Made by a program: the position numbers and the translations under genes. A DNA stretch of 52,383 nt, the filler included, from Bipalium vagum (Eukaryota): NCBI GenBank assembly GCA_037834085.1. It is 2 parts of 2 records of this genome, joined end to end, with 100 filler letters (N's around TTAATTAATTAA, not from the genome) between each part and the next. Parts side by side here need not be neighbours in the genome. Positions count along the whole stretch, not along the records: positions 1 to 20,757 come from JBBMKC010247423.1; 1 more part is not named here. One strand, written 5' to 3'. Positions 1-12,700 of this stretch are shown here, piece by piece. A model generated the notes under the pieces. The model ran no database searches, was not told where the DNA came from, and saw only the letters and a list, made by a program, of their open reading frames with translations. Positions within the stretch are counted from its first letter, which is position 1; every line of letters starts with the position of its first letter.

Positions 1-787
1 TTTTCAGGAGGAAGAATTTTTGTTTTTTCATAGAGTTTTTCATTAGCGAGAGTCTTTGACTCTCTTGGTAAACCTAATCCTAAAGATATTGGAGGATATA
101 ATCCTTCTAAGCCGAAGGAGACCTTTACTTTCATTATTAATTTTCAAGTTTTTCTCTTAGTGAAGGATTTTGAATATTTTTCATTTCATGAATCATTTCA
201 ACATCTTCAACATGTCTATCTTTTAAATCTGTCAACATATATTTTACATCATGTGTCATTGCTGCTTGATCAACTCGATTTATTGGAATTGAATCTGGTT
301 TTGAAATTGGGAGAATTGATAAATCTTGATTTTCATTATAATTTTCTACTATTTCATTATAGTTTTCTAAACGTTTATCAACATGAGTTCCAGTTCCTGT
401 AAAATTTGTTTATTCAATATTCAAAAATTCAATATTCTTTATCTTCCTTTTCCTTTGTTTCTTAGATTCTATGTTACTCGTTGTCAGGATCTCTTCTTCT
501 TCTACCAATGATATTTCGTCCCGATAGTCCAATTCATTTTGGTTCCACCATTTTCTTTTCCGTGTTGTCTGTTTTCTGGTCATCTTCTTCCGACAATATT
601 TTTTTAACCTGCTTTGCAATGTTACTCATTCTATCTTCGAGAGCTCTGTTCACTATCATTTCAATTCTTTCATCCAAATTTATTGTAGGGTTTCTGTGTA
701 TCTCAGATTCCACGCGGTGCGTTGGTATTTCTGTCTCCTTAATTCTTTTCATTGATCCTAATTGTGAGATAAATTGAAAATTAGTCA

Positions 788-858
788 AGGGATGTAACTC
801 AGCGGCCAGAGCAGTGCATGCGCATGTGAAGGTCCCAGGTTCGAATCCCGGTATCTCT
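788..858 (+). ncRNA. tRNA-Ala-like sequence within the element (probably not a decoding tRNA)
   Basis: AGGGATG/TATCTCT acceptor stem, A-box-like TAACTCAGCGG, B box GGTTCGAATCCC. The anticodon arm is the palindrome CATGCGCATG with no canonical 7-nt loop. Confidence 0.7.
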
Positions 859-1150
859 GTTAACTGCTCGGTCAATCAGTCCAATGACCTTCATTCCTAC
901 CGAATGAAGTTAGTTCAATAGTCAATCAATTCTACGACTGCTCAGTTGCCGGAGGACCAAAAAATCAGCTGCCCTTCAGTCTGTGATATCCCCAACGGAC
1001 GACCTCTTTCTGCGATGACAGCCGGAGCACGATCAATCAGAGTATATTTGCGCGACGCCGATGACCAGGAGGACTAGTCTAGGATCCATGCAGATCCAAA
1101 TATTATCCCTGTACAAAACTTATAAACTTGTTTTTTGAAATAAATCGTTA
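858..1150 (+). mobile_element. Probable solo LTR nested in the 3' end of the tRNA-like core
   Basis: Begins TGTTAAC and ends ...AATAAATCGTTA, a partial match to the expected GTTAACA. Flanked by duplicated (TA)TCTC at 852-857 and 1149-1154. Absent from the other two copies. Confidence 0.55.
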
Positions 1151-1177
1151 TCTCCGATTAATTTTCACTAACACTAA

Positions 1178-2708
1178 TCATGATGTTTTAGGAGATAATG
1201 ATAGTTTTCTTTCTCCCGCTATCTTTCTTCTTGGTTTGTCAACATCTGTGTTTTCACTTGTACTGCTTGCTTCCCAGTTCCAATTTTCGGTCAACTTTGA
1301 TGTTGTTTGCTGTTGTTCGGATGTTGTGTCTATGTCTAGCGTTAGCACGACTGATATTCTTGGTATTTTCATTGTTTCTGTTCGCTTTCCGTCTTCCTGA
1401 TCTTTTTGTTCCTTTTTTTCCTTGTGATAAGGATTTATGATTATTCTTGCTAAATTTTCTAAGCCCGTGGCGATTTCTCTTTCTTGTATAATGGTCTTTG
1501 TTGGAGTACCTTCCTTGGGTCTTTCCAATAAATCTGGTTTCCTTTTCTCTTCCTTCTCTTCTTCCTCATACCATCTGTCCCTAGCATAGACCCATATTCT
1601 TTTAATAATATAAGCATCGGCTGTTGGGATAAATTTGTCTTGCCATTGAGTATTGTCCATACTCTTGTGCTATGGCAGACAGTGGAAATGCTCCATTACT
1701 TCTGTGGGTGATCCGTTTATCTAACCTGGCCAAGGGAATCGTTGCCAGATAGCGGACACCTCTGATCCATGATCGATGTATGGCGAGGTCATCCAGCATA
1801 TCTGGTACGTCGTACCCAACTACTATTTTTCCTTCCAAGTAGTTTTGGACGAGAGTTCTGTTCTGGTACTCGTCCAATTGGCCAAAAACTTTGTTCTCGT
1901 CACTTCCGTGCTCTGATCGATAATTCGATACTAGAGCTCTGGGAGTAATTATAGCTTGGTGGACTAGGCTACCTCCTGGCGTAACTATTGTCACCACCAA
2001 AGGTGCCCTTCGATTAGAGAACCTGGTGATTCCAGTTCTAATGTTTAAAATTAAAACTTTCCTTTCTTGTTCGAGTTGGAAGAGGCTTGGATCCACATAC
2101 GCCTCTTTCTTCTCCCAGGCTCCTAATGGGATTATGGGCCAATTCGGATTTGGATGTTCCCTCGGTTCCCAATCTTCATCGGATTCCCTTATTATATCAA
2201 TAAGCAGATTTCCCGCTGCTATAATGATAACCTCTGGGATAAGAGATCCGGGTAGAACCACTTCAGCATAGCTACTTCCGAGGACCATCAGTCCAACAGT
2301 GATACCTGCTCCTTTCTCAATTATTTAGGCCTGGCTCATGCAGGTAATCTGTAATTTCACTGCGGATCCACAATATTGAGCTAACTTTGTTAGGCTCAAC
2401 CCTAAAATTCCTTTCCTAGTACATACCAGGTGCCTATCTTCTATCCTAGCATGTTTTAATCTATTGGGAATTACTGTTACTCCTTGAAAGTACTTGATTC
2501 TCGTCTTCAGCTGGTTGGTATAATCCAACTTTGCTTTAATATCTTTTTCTTCGGCTTTGCTGATGTTTACCATACAAAGTAATGGTAAATTCAGCTCCAC
2601 CTTCTCTTTAATCCTCAATATTTCCTGTTCGTTCATCAATACGAATGCCGGTAGGGTAATTGTTGCCGGCGGAAGATTTTTTCTGATAATTTCCATAGCT
2701 TTGATCAA
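1178..2708 (-). pseudogene. Extra ORF with a REX4/ISG20-like DEDDh exonuclease fold, catalytic residues degenerate
   Basis: ORFs 2325-2708 and 1602-2288 are in frame across one stop; a frameshift near 1650 leads into 1178-1660. Motif order matches REX4-like proteins: VLILNIRTG (ExoI), VTIVTPGGSLVHQAIITP..VSNYRS..G, YLEGKIVVGYDVPDMLDDL (ExoII), PLSAIAQEYG, PTADAYII (ExoIII). Confidence 0.6.
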
Positions 2709-2955
2709 CTAAAAATAAAAATTAAACGATCATTACTATTTCAAAAATTAGTTTTAAGATCAACCATTTTTTTCATACAAACGCAACCAGCATCTACTGA
2801 TGTTAAACATCTGATAGAATATTACCAAACAATCATTATATAAAATTTGATTTTATCATCATACTTTCATCAACTCCATTATTATTTATTTTTATTTTTA
2901 AAAAATACATTAATTATGAATTATCTATAATTTGACACTAGCTGTAAGGTTATAC

Positions 2956-4286
2956 TTATGCTAGACAACAATGTTCTTCTTCATGTTCCCTGAAGCTGCT
3001 TACATTATAAAAACTTTCTCCTCTTGTCAACTGGTGTCCCAACGGTTCTAATTCTATGCTAACCGGTTGGATATCCTTTGGTAATCTGTTTCTCCATCTT
3101 AAATATTGCTTTCTCTGTCTGCATATCCGGATTTGACAGAACAGGGCTCCTGTTAATCCGCTTACAATTATGATTCCTGTTGTGCCCGTTATTATTACCC
3201 AATTTGATGAATCTTCTTTAATCTGCTGTTTCGTTTTTGATTTCTTTGGTTTCATTGATTTGAGGTCTGGGCGAAATTTATTTTGTTTTTGTTTTCGTTC
3301 TATCTGTTTTATTGTTTCCCTCTGATTCGTGGACGTCCTATTTTCTGTACTTGTCCTTTGTGTCTTGAGCGAAGTTGATGTTGGGTTTCTTGTTGTTGTT
3401 TGGTTCTTGAATATTTGACAACTTGTTTGATTGTTAATAATCGTTGTTCAGTTCTCTTCATTTTCCCAAGTAATTCTCTTTTCCACCGTACTTGCGCTTA
3501 TGAATTCTCCTTTGATTTTATTTTTTGTTACCACTATCACCTTTCTCGTACTTCTTTCATTTCTTTTTGTAGTAACTTCTCTTGTACTTGTTAACGTCTG
3601 TAACCTTTCAGTGCGAATCATAGTCTTTACTGTACTAGTTCTTGGTTTCACGGTACTAGTCGTCAATATTTTTATGGGTGTTTCGTCATAATAGACATAT
3701 CGACATAGATTCGTTTGTTTCTTGCTGACTTCTTTGCATCTATCTCCGAGTGCCTCCACTGTGAATTTTCCACAACAACTGGAATCCATTGGTCCTCCAT
3801 TACCCAATAAACTATGCCAATTTTTTATGGGCAAGTCACCAATTGCACGACTATATTCACTACTCGGCCGATGTAAAATCTGTATTTTCTGCCGATATAA
3901 AATACATATTTGGTTGTTCTTACATATTGTATTAATAGTTGTGCTACATCTGAGCTCTCAGAGCTACTTCTTATTCTTATTATTTGATCTTCTTTGGTGC
4001 TAAATGATGTTTTACACATGTTAGTTCCTGGACTTTTTGCAATAAAACTAGGTTGTACGTTTTTGCATTTGATATATATTCTCCGATCACTACTTGATAT
4101 TGCAATCTTCTTATTTCGAACTCTGACCCCAATTATTTGTCCGTCAACTGTTATAATCATTAATAGAAATAGTGGTAGCCAAAACCATTTGTTCAATTTT
4201 GGCTTTGACACTGCTGCCACTGCTGGTTGTTCCTTAACTGGTTGTCTTGATCGCAATGGATATCTAGAGCCCATTTCTTCTATCAC
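2956..4286 (-). pseudogene. env-like type I membrane protein ORF (frameshifted)
   Basis: Fragments 3825-4286, 3448-3834 and 2956-3255 give, in order: signal-like KWFWLPLFLLMIITVDG, a Cys-containing segment (SSCCGKF..RC..LC), a Thr/Ser-rich stalk, TM helix WVIITGTTGIIIVSGLTGALFC, basic RICRQRK and a short tail. Confidence 0.6.
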
Positions 4287-4289
4287 TTT

Positions 4290-4964
4290 TTAGCATCGGT
4301 TCACGTGAACTATAATTGAGGACTTTCCCCCTCTTTTGGTTTTTAGTTGTAAATTCGTCGGAGTAATTTTTTCGACTATATATGGTCCTCTGAAAGTTCT
4401 TTGAAGCTTCGGTGATTTTCCTTTTTGTGGGTCTGGCGTATCAACCATTACTTTATCTCCGACTTCTATTGAATGAGGTTTCGCACGTTTGTCGTAATGA
4501 CCTTTGTATTTCTCTTGGTTATATTTTATATTCAATCCTGCTCTCTGCCATGCCTTCTGCACTCTCTCGTGCATTATCATTTTATAATCTTCTTCTAAAT
4601 ATTGCGATGCTGGATTAATATATTCCAGATCTACTGGCATGTTATTATCTCTTAGATACATTAGATAAAACTGTGTGGATGGATGTACAGCATTTCTATA
4701 AACAAATAAACACGGCGCTATATGTACATCCCAGTCAGTTTGTCCTTTATTAGTATGCGTTAACAACATCTTTAATAAAGTGCCATTAAACTTTCCTACT
4801 AAGCCATCTGTTTGTGGTCGAAAAGGTGATGTCTTTAATTTTAATATCGCGAACATGAAGCATATTTCTTTTATAACCTCATTCATAAAATTAGTGCCAC
4901 TATCTGTCAGCAACTTTCGTGCTGCTCCGTATCTAAATACTATTTCTTCGACAAATATTTTGGC
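4290..4964 (-). pseudogene. Retroviral-type (Ty3/gypsy) integrase, catalytic core C-terminal half plus GPY/F module, inactivated
   Basis: Reads ...FRYGAARKLLTDSGTNF...KTSPFRPQTDGLVGKFN...WDVHIAPCLFVYRNAVHPST...YDKRAK...VGDKVMV...FRGPYIVEK...VHVNRC. The position of the D-35-E catalytic Glu is Gly (GLVGKFN instead of GLVERFN). Confidence 0.9.
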
Positions 4965-5764
4965 TTATAAATCCTTTCATTATATATCATTAGAATCTGA
5001 TTCTTCAAAATGTCATTAATATTATTTTTATTATTATCAAATTTATCTTCATATGGATATGAAGATTTTCTTTACAATTTAACTTTTTATTAAAATAAAT
5101 ATTACGATCAAAGAATAAATAAATAAGGGTATATATTAAAGATCATTACTTCGATGGTATCATCAACTCTAAATTTTCTAATGATAATGATATTAATGTT
5201 GTTTCTTAGAAAGATTGACATAGGTGAATCCCATAACTTATACTTGTAAAGCATTAAAACTGATTACTTCAAACACTATCAAATATTGTTTCAATAAGAG
5301 ATTTAATTTTGACTGCCAGAAAAGTGAACAACAATCGAGGCTGAAAAGCAAATGTTAATAGAAGTTGATAACAAACTATATGAAGATAATGAATCTACTG
5401 AAACTGAGGAAAATTAATGTTTGGAACTAGAGAAATTTGATGACAAAGAACCATTGAATATATTTTAAAAATGTAATGAATAATCTCAATTTGTATCCGG
5501 TTCAATTAAAGAATTTAACGAATTAAACAGAAATAACAATTGAAGTGAAAGAAGCAATTTGACTGTAATATAACTAATTATTTAATCTATATTTTTGTTC
5601 TTTTGAGCGTATATTAAATTTCTTTGGGCGCAAAAAATTGTGTGCCGATGTCAAGGTTGTACTATATATCAAATAGAAAAAACTAATTTCATCAAAAAAT
5701 TTTAAATAAATGGAGTAAATAATTTTACTTATTTTACCATAAGATGTCTTATTAATTCTGTATA

Positions 5765-6267
5765 CCGTAGATACTCGAATATAAGTCGACCTCGTTTATA
5801 AATAGAGGGGGAGAATGGGAAATTCTGTGAAAAACAGTATGAATCTTATATAAGTCCAGGTAAAAATATATGTCTGTGTAGTTTCCTCTTTCGTACATTT
5901 GGAAAAAATGTCAATCTTTTGATACTTTATTGCAAAATATTCGTGATAATATTTATATTTATATTTACATTTCATTATTGTGTGAGGTGACATGGGCTAT
6001 ATATAAGCGAGTTGTGTGTGACGTGCTAAAAAAAGCTGTGAGAAATTTGAAATAAATTTATCATGCGTAGCACTGTGATGCTGAGAAAAACTGGAAAAAT
6101 ACGAAACATAAATGATAACCAGTATTCAATTATGAACACAAAGTGATACATTGCATAAATACAGCCATTACATTGGTTAAAACTGCTATGACTCTTATAT
6201 AAGTCGACCCTTTTTTTTCATCAAATTTTATAGAAAAAAAACTCGACCTATATTCGAGTATCTACGG
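5765..6267. mobile_element. pogo/Tigger-like MITE
   Basis: TIRs CCGTAGATACTCGAATATAAGTCGA / TCGACCTATATTCGAGTATCTACGG, TA on both sides, internal CTTATATAAGTC repeats near 5845 and 6193, no transposase. Confidence 0.85.
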
Positions 6268-6777
6268 TATATAATAATCGACAAAAGATATTAATCATTA
6301 AATTCATTGATTTCACTCAAAGAAAAACAGAATAAAAAACAAAATTCTCCTGTCCAATGTTTGAAATAAGTTAATTTTATTTCACCTTATCTCTCAATAT
6401 GATAAGTATAATGAGTATTAAAAATGTTTACTCAGTTACTGTGAATTTTTTATCTTATGAACAATAGTATAACAAAGACAAACCAATCCTGTTAGGATAT
6501 TATCATAATCATGTTTATAATTGATAAGAACATCTTAAATATATATTAAATTATCACAAAATACAAATAGATAAATTGAAATAAAAGAAATATAAAAATT
6601 GCGAACAGAAACTACAGTTGTCCAGTTGAAATGATAAAGAAAAATAATAATATCGAAGAAAAGAAACAAATCATTTATTAAAAATAAGTACAAAATATAA
6701 AGATTTAGTACTACAAAAGCTACATAATATTGAAATTTTAATTGATGGTCCCGATAAATCTAATTGATTTTGAAGTG

Positions 6778-9700
6778 CTACATGTCATCAAACTGGAAAT
6801 AAAATGATTTTCAATATTTACTAAATAATATAAAATTAAAAATTATGGATTAAAATTATAGTACTATTTATAAAAGATAAATAATCTAAGAATATTATAT
6901 TTTATAGTATTCTGTAATGTAATTAAAATAAAAGTTCTATTTTTACTTTCAATAATTGAATTCTATCAAAGAAAATAATATTAAAAATTGAAATCGATGT
7001 AGTCGACTTCATTTTAACAAATGTAATTATATTAATAATTTTATTTATCAAAATAAACAGAGTCCAAATTTAAGAAAAAATTAACCGGTTTTAAAATTTT
7101 CATTTATAAAAAAATCCATATCTATAATTAATTTTTGATAATAAATTTAATCAATGTAAATATGCCTATGACGTCTTTAGATAACATACCAAAGCGCTCA
7201 TTTCGTCATCTGAAATCGTTTCCTTGCAACCAGCGATATCGTCTCCATCAAATTCCAAAAGAAATGAATCGATTTCTGATCGAACGGAACTAAATTTTGA
7301 TTCTGTCTCAGATATCAAGTTAATATTGCCTGTTAGTAAAATATGACGTTAAATTCAGTTATTATTATTAATAATGACCTTGAACAATAAACTTCCAAAA
7401 GTCATTTTTGGAACCCATTGATTTAATATCGGTTTTCATTCTCCTCAAATAGGCATTGAAAACTGACACAAAATTATGTTGATCGTTTGAACGTTCGATA
7501 CACTGTTTCCGTAACTCGTACAAGCACAGTACAGCTTTCTCGTAAAACGTATCCTTATACGAATCTCTTATTAACTGCCAAATCCTATCTTCCATAAGTG
7601 ATATGACAGTTTCTGTAGCCGGGTTTTGTTCGAGAAGGGTACGAAAATCGCCAATAGGGTCCAACAATCCGAAGTCTGCTTTTTTATCCAATAATACGCC
7701 GAAATTCAACGAGTCTACGTCTTTTTCTAAGATTTTTTGTCGCTTGCAAGCCCTAAGATAGACAAATAAAAAATTAGATATGAGAAATAGTCCCCAATGT
7801 CTCGATCAAATAGAATTAAATATGTGTAACAAAGCAAAGTCTAAAGTAACCTATAATTCACTTTGGTATAACCTTGAAAGTCTTCAATTTTTTTTAATTG
7901 TCTTATTCTACTTAAAAATATTTAATGGGTGTAAAACGAGAAGCCATCACTAGAATCCCATATCAACTGTAAATTCGGTAGATGATCGACGGTATTTACT
8001 TGGGCTTAAAGCAAAATTTTAGCCGTTTTGACATGGTCTCTTGTTGTGATGTGAAAACCAGCCACTTGTCGAAGATAATAATTCAATTCAATTTTTGCAA
8101 ACGTCATACAGTCATTAAATCAGCACTACTAAACATCAGCTCTACTGTATATATTTCATATGGATCTTGTGTTCAATCATTTTTAATTTTTTAGGATCGA
8201 CTTGTGGCACATTTATCGATTTCAATTTTTGTACCTTTTGATCATGCGACTTAAGATAATACAGAGTTTTCTCGATGACTATTGAGGTAAAGATCACGTT
8301 GATAAAAAGATTTATTTCTGCATTTCGATGTCATATATCACAAAGGAAAAGCAATAAAGTAACTCAACGTATGGGAAAACAGATTCGACACGAAAAATCA
8401 AGAATACACGATTTAAGAAATACATTTCCTACTCTTCTTTTTGAAGTTTCTGTCTTGCCATTCTATTTATTTATAGTTCAATTTTTTGTAAAAATATTTT
8501 TAATACATTAAAACCGTAAAATCGAAGGAAACTCTGAACTTTTTTCATGGAAATCTTTACTTTTGGTTTCGGAAGTTTGTGACTGAAAGGATTGAAATTT
8601 TTCCTCTCAATCTTACTGATAATACATCTGATTCAAAGTTTTAAATTCAAGATTCTTCGACATACGTATGAAACAAGTCAGCAATTCTCTGAACACAACT
8701 AGCTTCAACACAACACCCCAATGCCAAATCATCATGTAACTTTTGGAGATTATTATTTTTTTGAATTCTCATGTTAAATATTTTAAAGTCATTTTCTTAT
8801 AATAAGTGATCGATTTTATCAATATTTCCAACAGTTTTCGATATCGACATTGTTTCTGGCTTTAAGACATCACAGGCTTATTTTTAGCGTATCAGAACGT
8901 TTGTTGCGTTTTAAACAGTAAAATTAGTAAAAATCTTCATTCAATAATTCTTATGCATTAATAAAGTTATATAAGCAATTGAGTTAAAAAAACGAGTACA
9001 AAAGTTTGAAAGAAAATAAATTCCATGTGTAGAAAGATTGCGGCAACACATGGTAAAAGTTGAACATCAAGTATAAATTTTTATTGGTGTTGGTATTTCT
9101 TGATGATAATTATCCAAAAACAAAATTAAATTATTGATTATTTTGTTCCAATAAATTATAATTTTCTAAATTATTCTGTCAAATGCTGGAAAATATAAAA
9201 ATGAAAATTAACGGCGAAGAGAGATTGGAAAACATTCACAAAGAATTATAAAACAGTCTTACGTAGTGTCTGGGGAAAAAATTTCAGCTGCAGTTTTCTT
9301 TTTACCAGAATCTGATTTTGCCTTCAATGCAAATTGTTTGTTAATCTCATCTATAAGAGGTTGAATTGAATCGATTTTATCTTTCGGTGGTTTCAACTGA
9401 GATAACAAAGTTTCACTGCATTCTGGTAAACTGATACCTGGATTCAAACATCGAAATTGAGCACACTGGTAAAAATATTGAATGACAGGATTTCTCATTT
9501 TGGTGGTCTTGTACAATTCTTTTTTGTCCTCGTTATTATCTGAAGGTCTAAAGAGAGAACAACGAACGAATTACCATAGGATTTCTTTCTCATGTACTTC
9601 TTATTAAATATTTATCATTCCAAAATCTATTAGACGTTTTCATTAAATTTACGACTATTAGTGGAAAATAGTCCGTTTAATATGAAGTAGAATGATTGAA

Positions 9701-12700
9701 ACAAATCTCAAAAATATTGATTTCTTTCAAACAAATAAAACATAAGTTATACAAAGAATGAACAAAAATTGACATGGTATTTGGAACGAGATTTGTTCGA
9801 TAATACGGAATTTTATTTTCAATAACAAAAATAAAAGTAACCCAACCCTCATAAGTTACAAAATTTACGTCGCTAATAAAAATCTCAATCGATATCAATC
9901 ACAGTAAGTATTTAAATCAAAGACTAAAAAACATCATTTATGGCCCATTTCAGTTATTCTATGAAGCCTTTGTTGAAAAATCAATGTAAATATAAAAACA
10001 GGAGTACCGATATAATAATTATCAATTTCATAAGTTTTAAGCCATTATAAAAAGCATTTTATTGATCTTTCTCTTTTTACAAACCCTCTCTGTGAAATAG
10101 ATAATAATATTCCGAAAAAACTACCGGGAATTTTTATCTTTTAAATTCTATAAAAGATGGACATCAAAAATCAATATAATGTAACATTACTGACATTCCC
10201 ATTTTTCATTTCAAGCTTTCTGTTTGCATCAAAATTTATCGGGAAATTTCAATCTGATATTTGTAAAATACATTTTTTGGAAAATTCTCCAGAAGACCTT
10301 GTAAAAGTCAGCTATGTCAAAAAAAATTAAAGATTTTTGAGAAACAAAAAAATCTAATAAATTTGAACACAGAAGACCTCCGAATAACTGACGACCATTA
10401 TTATATTATGATTTCAATCAGCAGTTTTATTTTTACATCGGAAAATATTTCTTGTTCATATTGTGAAGTAATTAAGAATTTTTACTGATTTATCATTTAG
10501 TTTCATTAATCATAACAATAGAAATGTTATTTAAATCGAAATCAAAACTAGATTGATAAATAAATTGTATTAAAGTAAAAATAATTTCAGAATTTAAAAT
10601 AATTATAAATATAAAATCTAAATTAAAATATAATTTTAATCAATAAAATAATATTCTAGCAATCGAGTATTTTATTTCTGTATTTCATTGGTCAGCATTA
10701 AGTTGTCTTGTTAATCAATATTAAAGTAGGAGATTGGTGGTTCCGGGTTTTTATTTATATCTTCTTATGATAAAAAAAGATTGAAACAGAAAAAACCGGC
10801 TATTAGAATTTGCAAAATTGAGTGGTTTTTGATTGATTTTAAATTGAATACACGTCTAGAACCATTACTTCCATGATATTTAAATAAAAGTTGAGTCCAG
10901 AGCTGATGTTAAATAATTGGCACTCAATTCTGATAAAGTATGTCACCTGTGTTCAAGTGTTCTTTATCTTCTTGCATCAACCTACGAAAAGACTCTATTA
11001 GGAATCATTCATTTAGGTTACATGAAGGTTTTAATTTCTCGCTTTAAATAAAACTAAGTACATTTTAAGGCTTAAATTTTATTATGCAAACATTGTATTA
11101 CGTAAATTGTGATGTATCACAATCATTTCGTTTAGGTAATTGTATTTCTGTAAATCTCAGCATACGGACATCCAATGTAAAATTTTTGAAAATATTGTAA
11201 AAACGAAAATTGTATCTACAATCAATGATCTTTGGGTGGATTAGTTTCTATTTGAGAGAATAAATGACAAAATATTGAATGATTATATGATATTTTCATC
11301 ACAATCAACAACACAATAACATACTCAATTAGCATTAAATGGTCGATTAAACTGTCAACGGCCTTGATTTGAGAATCTCGCAAATTGTGGTCATCTGACA
11401 ACAAATTTGGAAAACAGTAAGTTCGAATATCCTCTCCAAAAGCAATTTCACAGTAGACCAACGACACGTGATCACTCTTAATCCTGTGTAACAACAATTT
11501 TTTTATTACAATTAAAATAAGGCTTTAGACATTTTCACCTTGGGATGAGGAGTCCTAATCTTGGCGACGATGCTTTACTGTAAACACGTCTAACAATAGC
11601 CACCATCTGACATGCATACATTGCATATACCAATGATGAAAAAGCATTAGAGTGCTCATCTTTATCCACAACGAAAAACATCGAGCTGTCTCCCACGAAC
11701 AGATAACGGGGAACCTAAGCATATTTATATCGATTTATAGAAAACAAAAAATGAAATCAAACATGTTCCTGTTCTGTAAACCCAATCAATTTCATGCTTT
11801 TTTTTACTTCCAGTTTCATACTTTTGATATCTTCATCAGTACATGGAATAATCGATTTACCATATTTAAATCCTGAAACAAAATTCATTACATAATGTGG
11901 CAATATCTACATCAATGTGACCTACCTTTAATTATATCATCTGACTCGATTGGTGTCTGTTCTCCATTGTCCAGATGAAAATTTTCCTTCGTCTCGATGC
12001 AGGCATCCGGATCTCCCCCATAAATCATTTTCAAAGATGGTGGTTTCACCTGTTTCACCTATTGAATAAGCTAGAATCCAAGAAAATCTCAGAAAATACT
12101 TTTGTATAACCAATAAGGGACAGCGTGAACACATCACTAACTTCCAAATCGACTTTCCATCCTCTCTGGGCTGTTTCTTTCATTTGGAACATATTTAGAT
12201 CAGTAAGAGAATCTCTATAAATGAACGACATTGAGAAAACTATTTCCACAATGAAAATACCAACTGAAAAGTAAAACAATTTCCTTGGGTCTCATCAGAT
12301 AACGCTTTTATTTCGTTCTCATTTTCAAGACGAAGTTGAGACGTTTTATCGTCACTGTTAACGAAGACAACATCTACGTGTATCACTTCTTCATTTAGAA
12401 TTTGTTTGATGTGATCCATTGAAGACATATCTATTTTGGTATTAAAATTAGAAAACAAGATTATTCGTTTTCGTCCTATTTTCTTTTGATTACTGTTAGG
12501 AATGTCAAGACTATTAAGAGAAAGAAAACAAAATAACTTTAACTTTTCTACCAAACATTTAGCAGCCACATAAACAGCTTCCAGTACTATAATATAAATA
12601 ATATAATATCAAGTTGTTACAAGAACATTACAATCAGCTTGCCCATTTTCACATTTGACACTTTCATCCTTCAATAGCTTCAATAAATCCCAACTAGATT

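Larger units (their letters stand above)
763..1173 (+). mobile_element. tRNA-containing mini-LTR-like element, copy 1 (with nested insertion)
   Basis: Starts TGTGAGATAAATTGAAAATT and ends ATTAATTTTCACTAACA. Perfect TSD CTAAT at 758-762 and 1174-1178. Removing it rejoins the host frame SPKTS*LGSMKRIKE. Confidence 0.85.
1..4964 (-). mobile_element. Decayed Ty3/gypsy-type (integrase-bearing) element with env-like and exonuclease-like extra ORFs; 5'-truncated, runs off the left edge
   Basis: Contiguous minus-strand coding-like DNA: integrase C-terminal half, then a signal peptide/Cys/Thr-rich/TM ORF, then a long interrupted ORF. No gag, protease, RT, RNase H or paired LTRs are visible. Confidence 0.8.

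Noticed and set aside
534-875. 113-aa ORF as a real gene
   Set aside because: It is a chimera of antisense tRNA-like sequence (PGFEPGT) and the interrupted retroelement frame.
763-1173. The 3' LTR of the gypsy-type element at 1-4964
   Set aside because: It has its own TSD on both sides and interrupts a reading frame that continues to the left.
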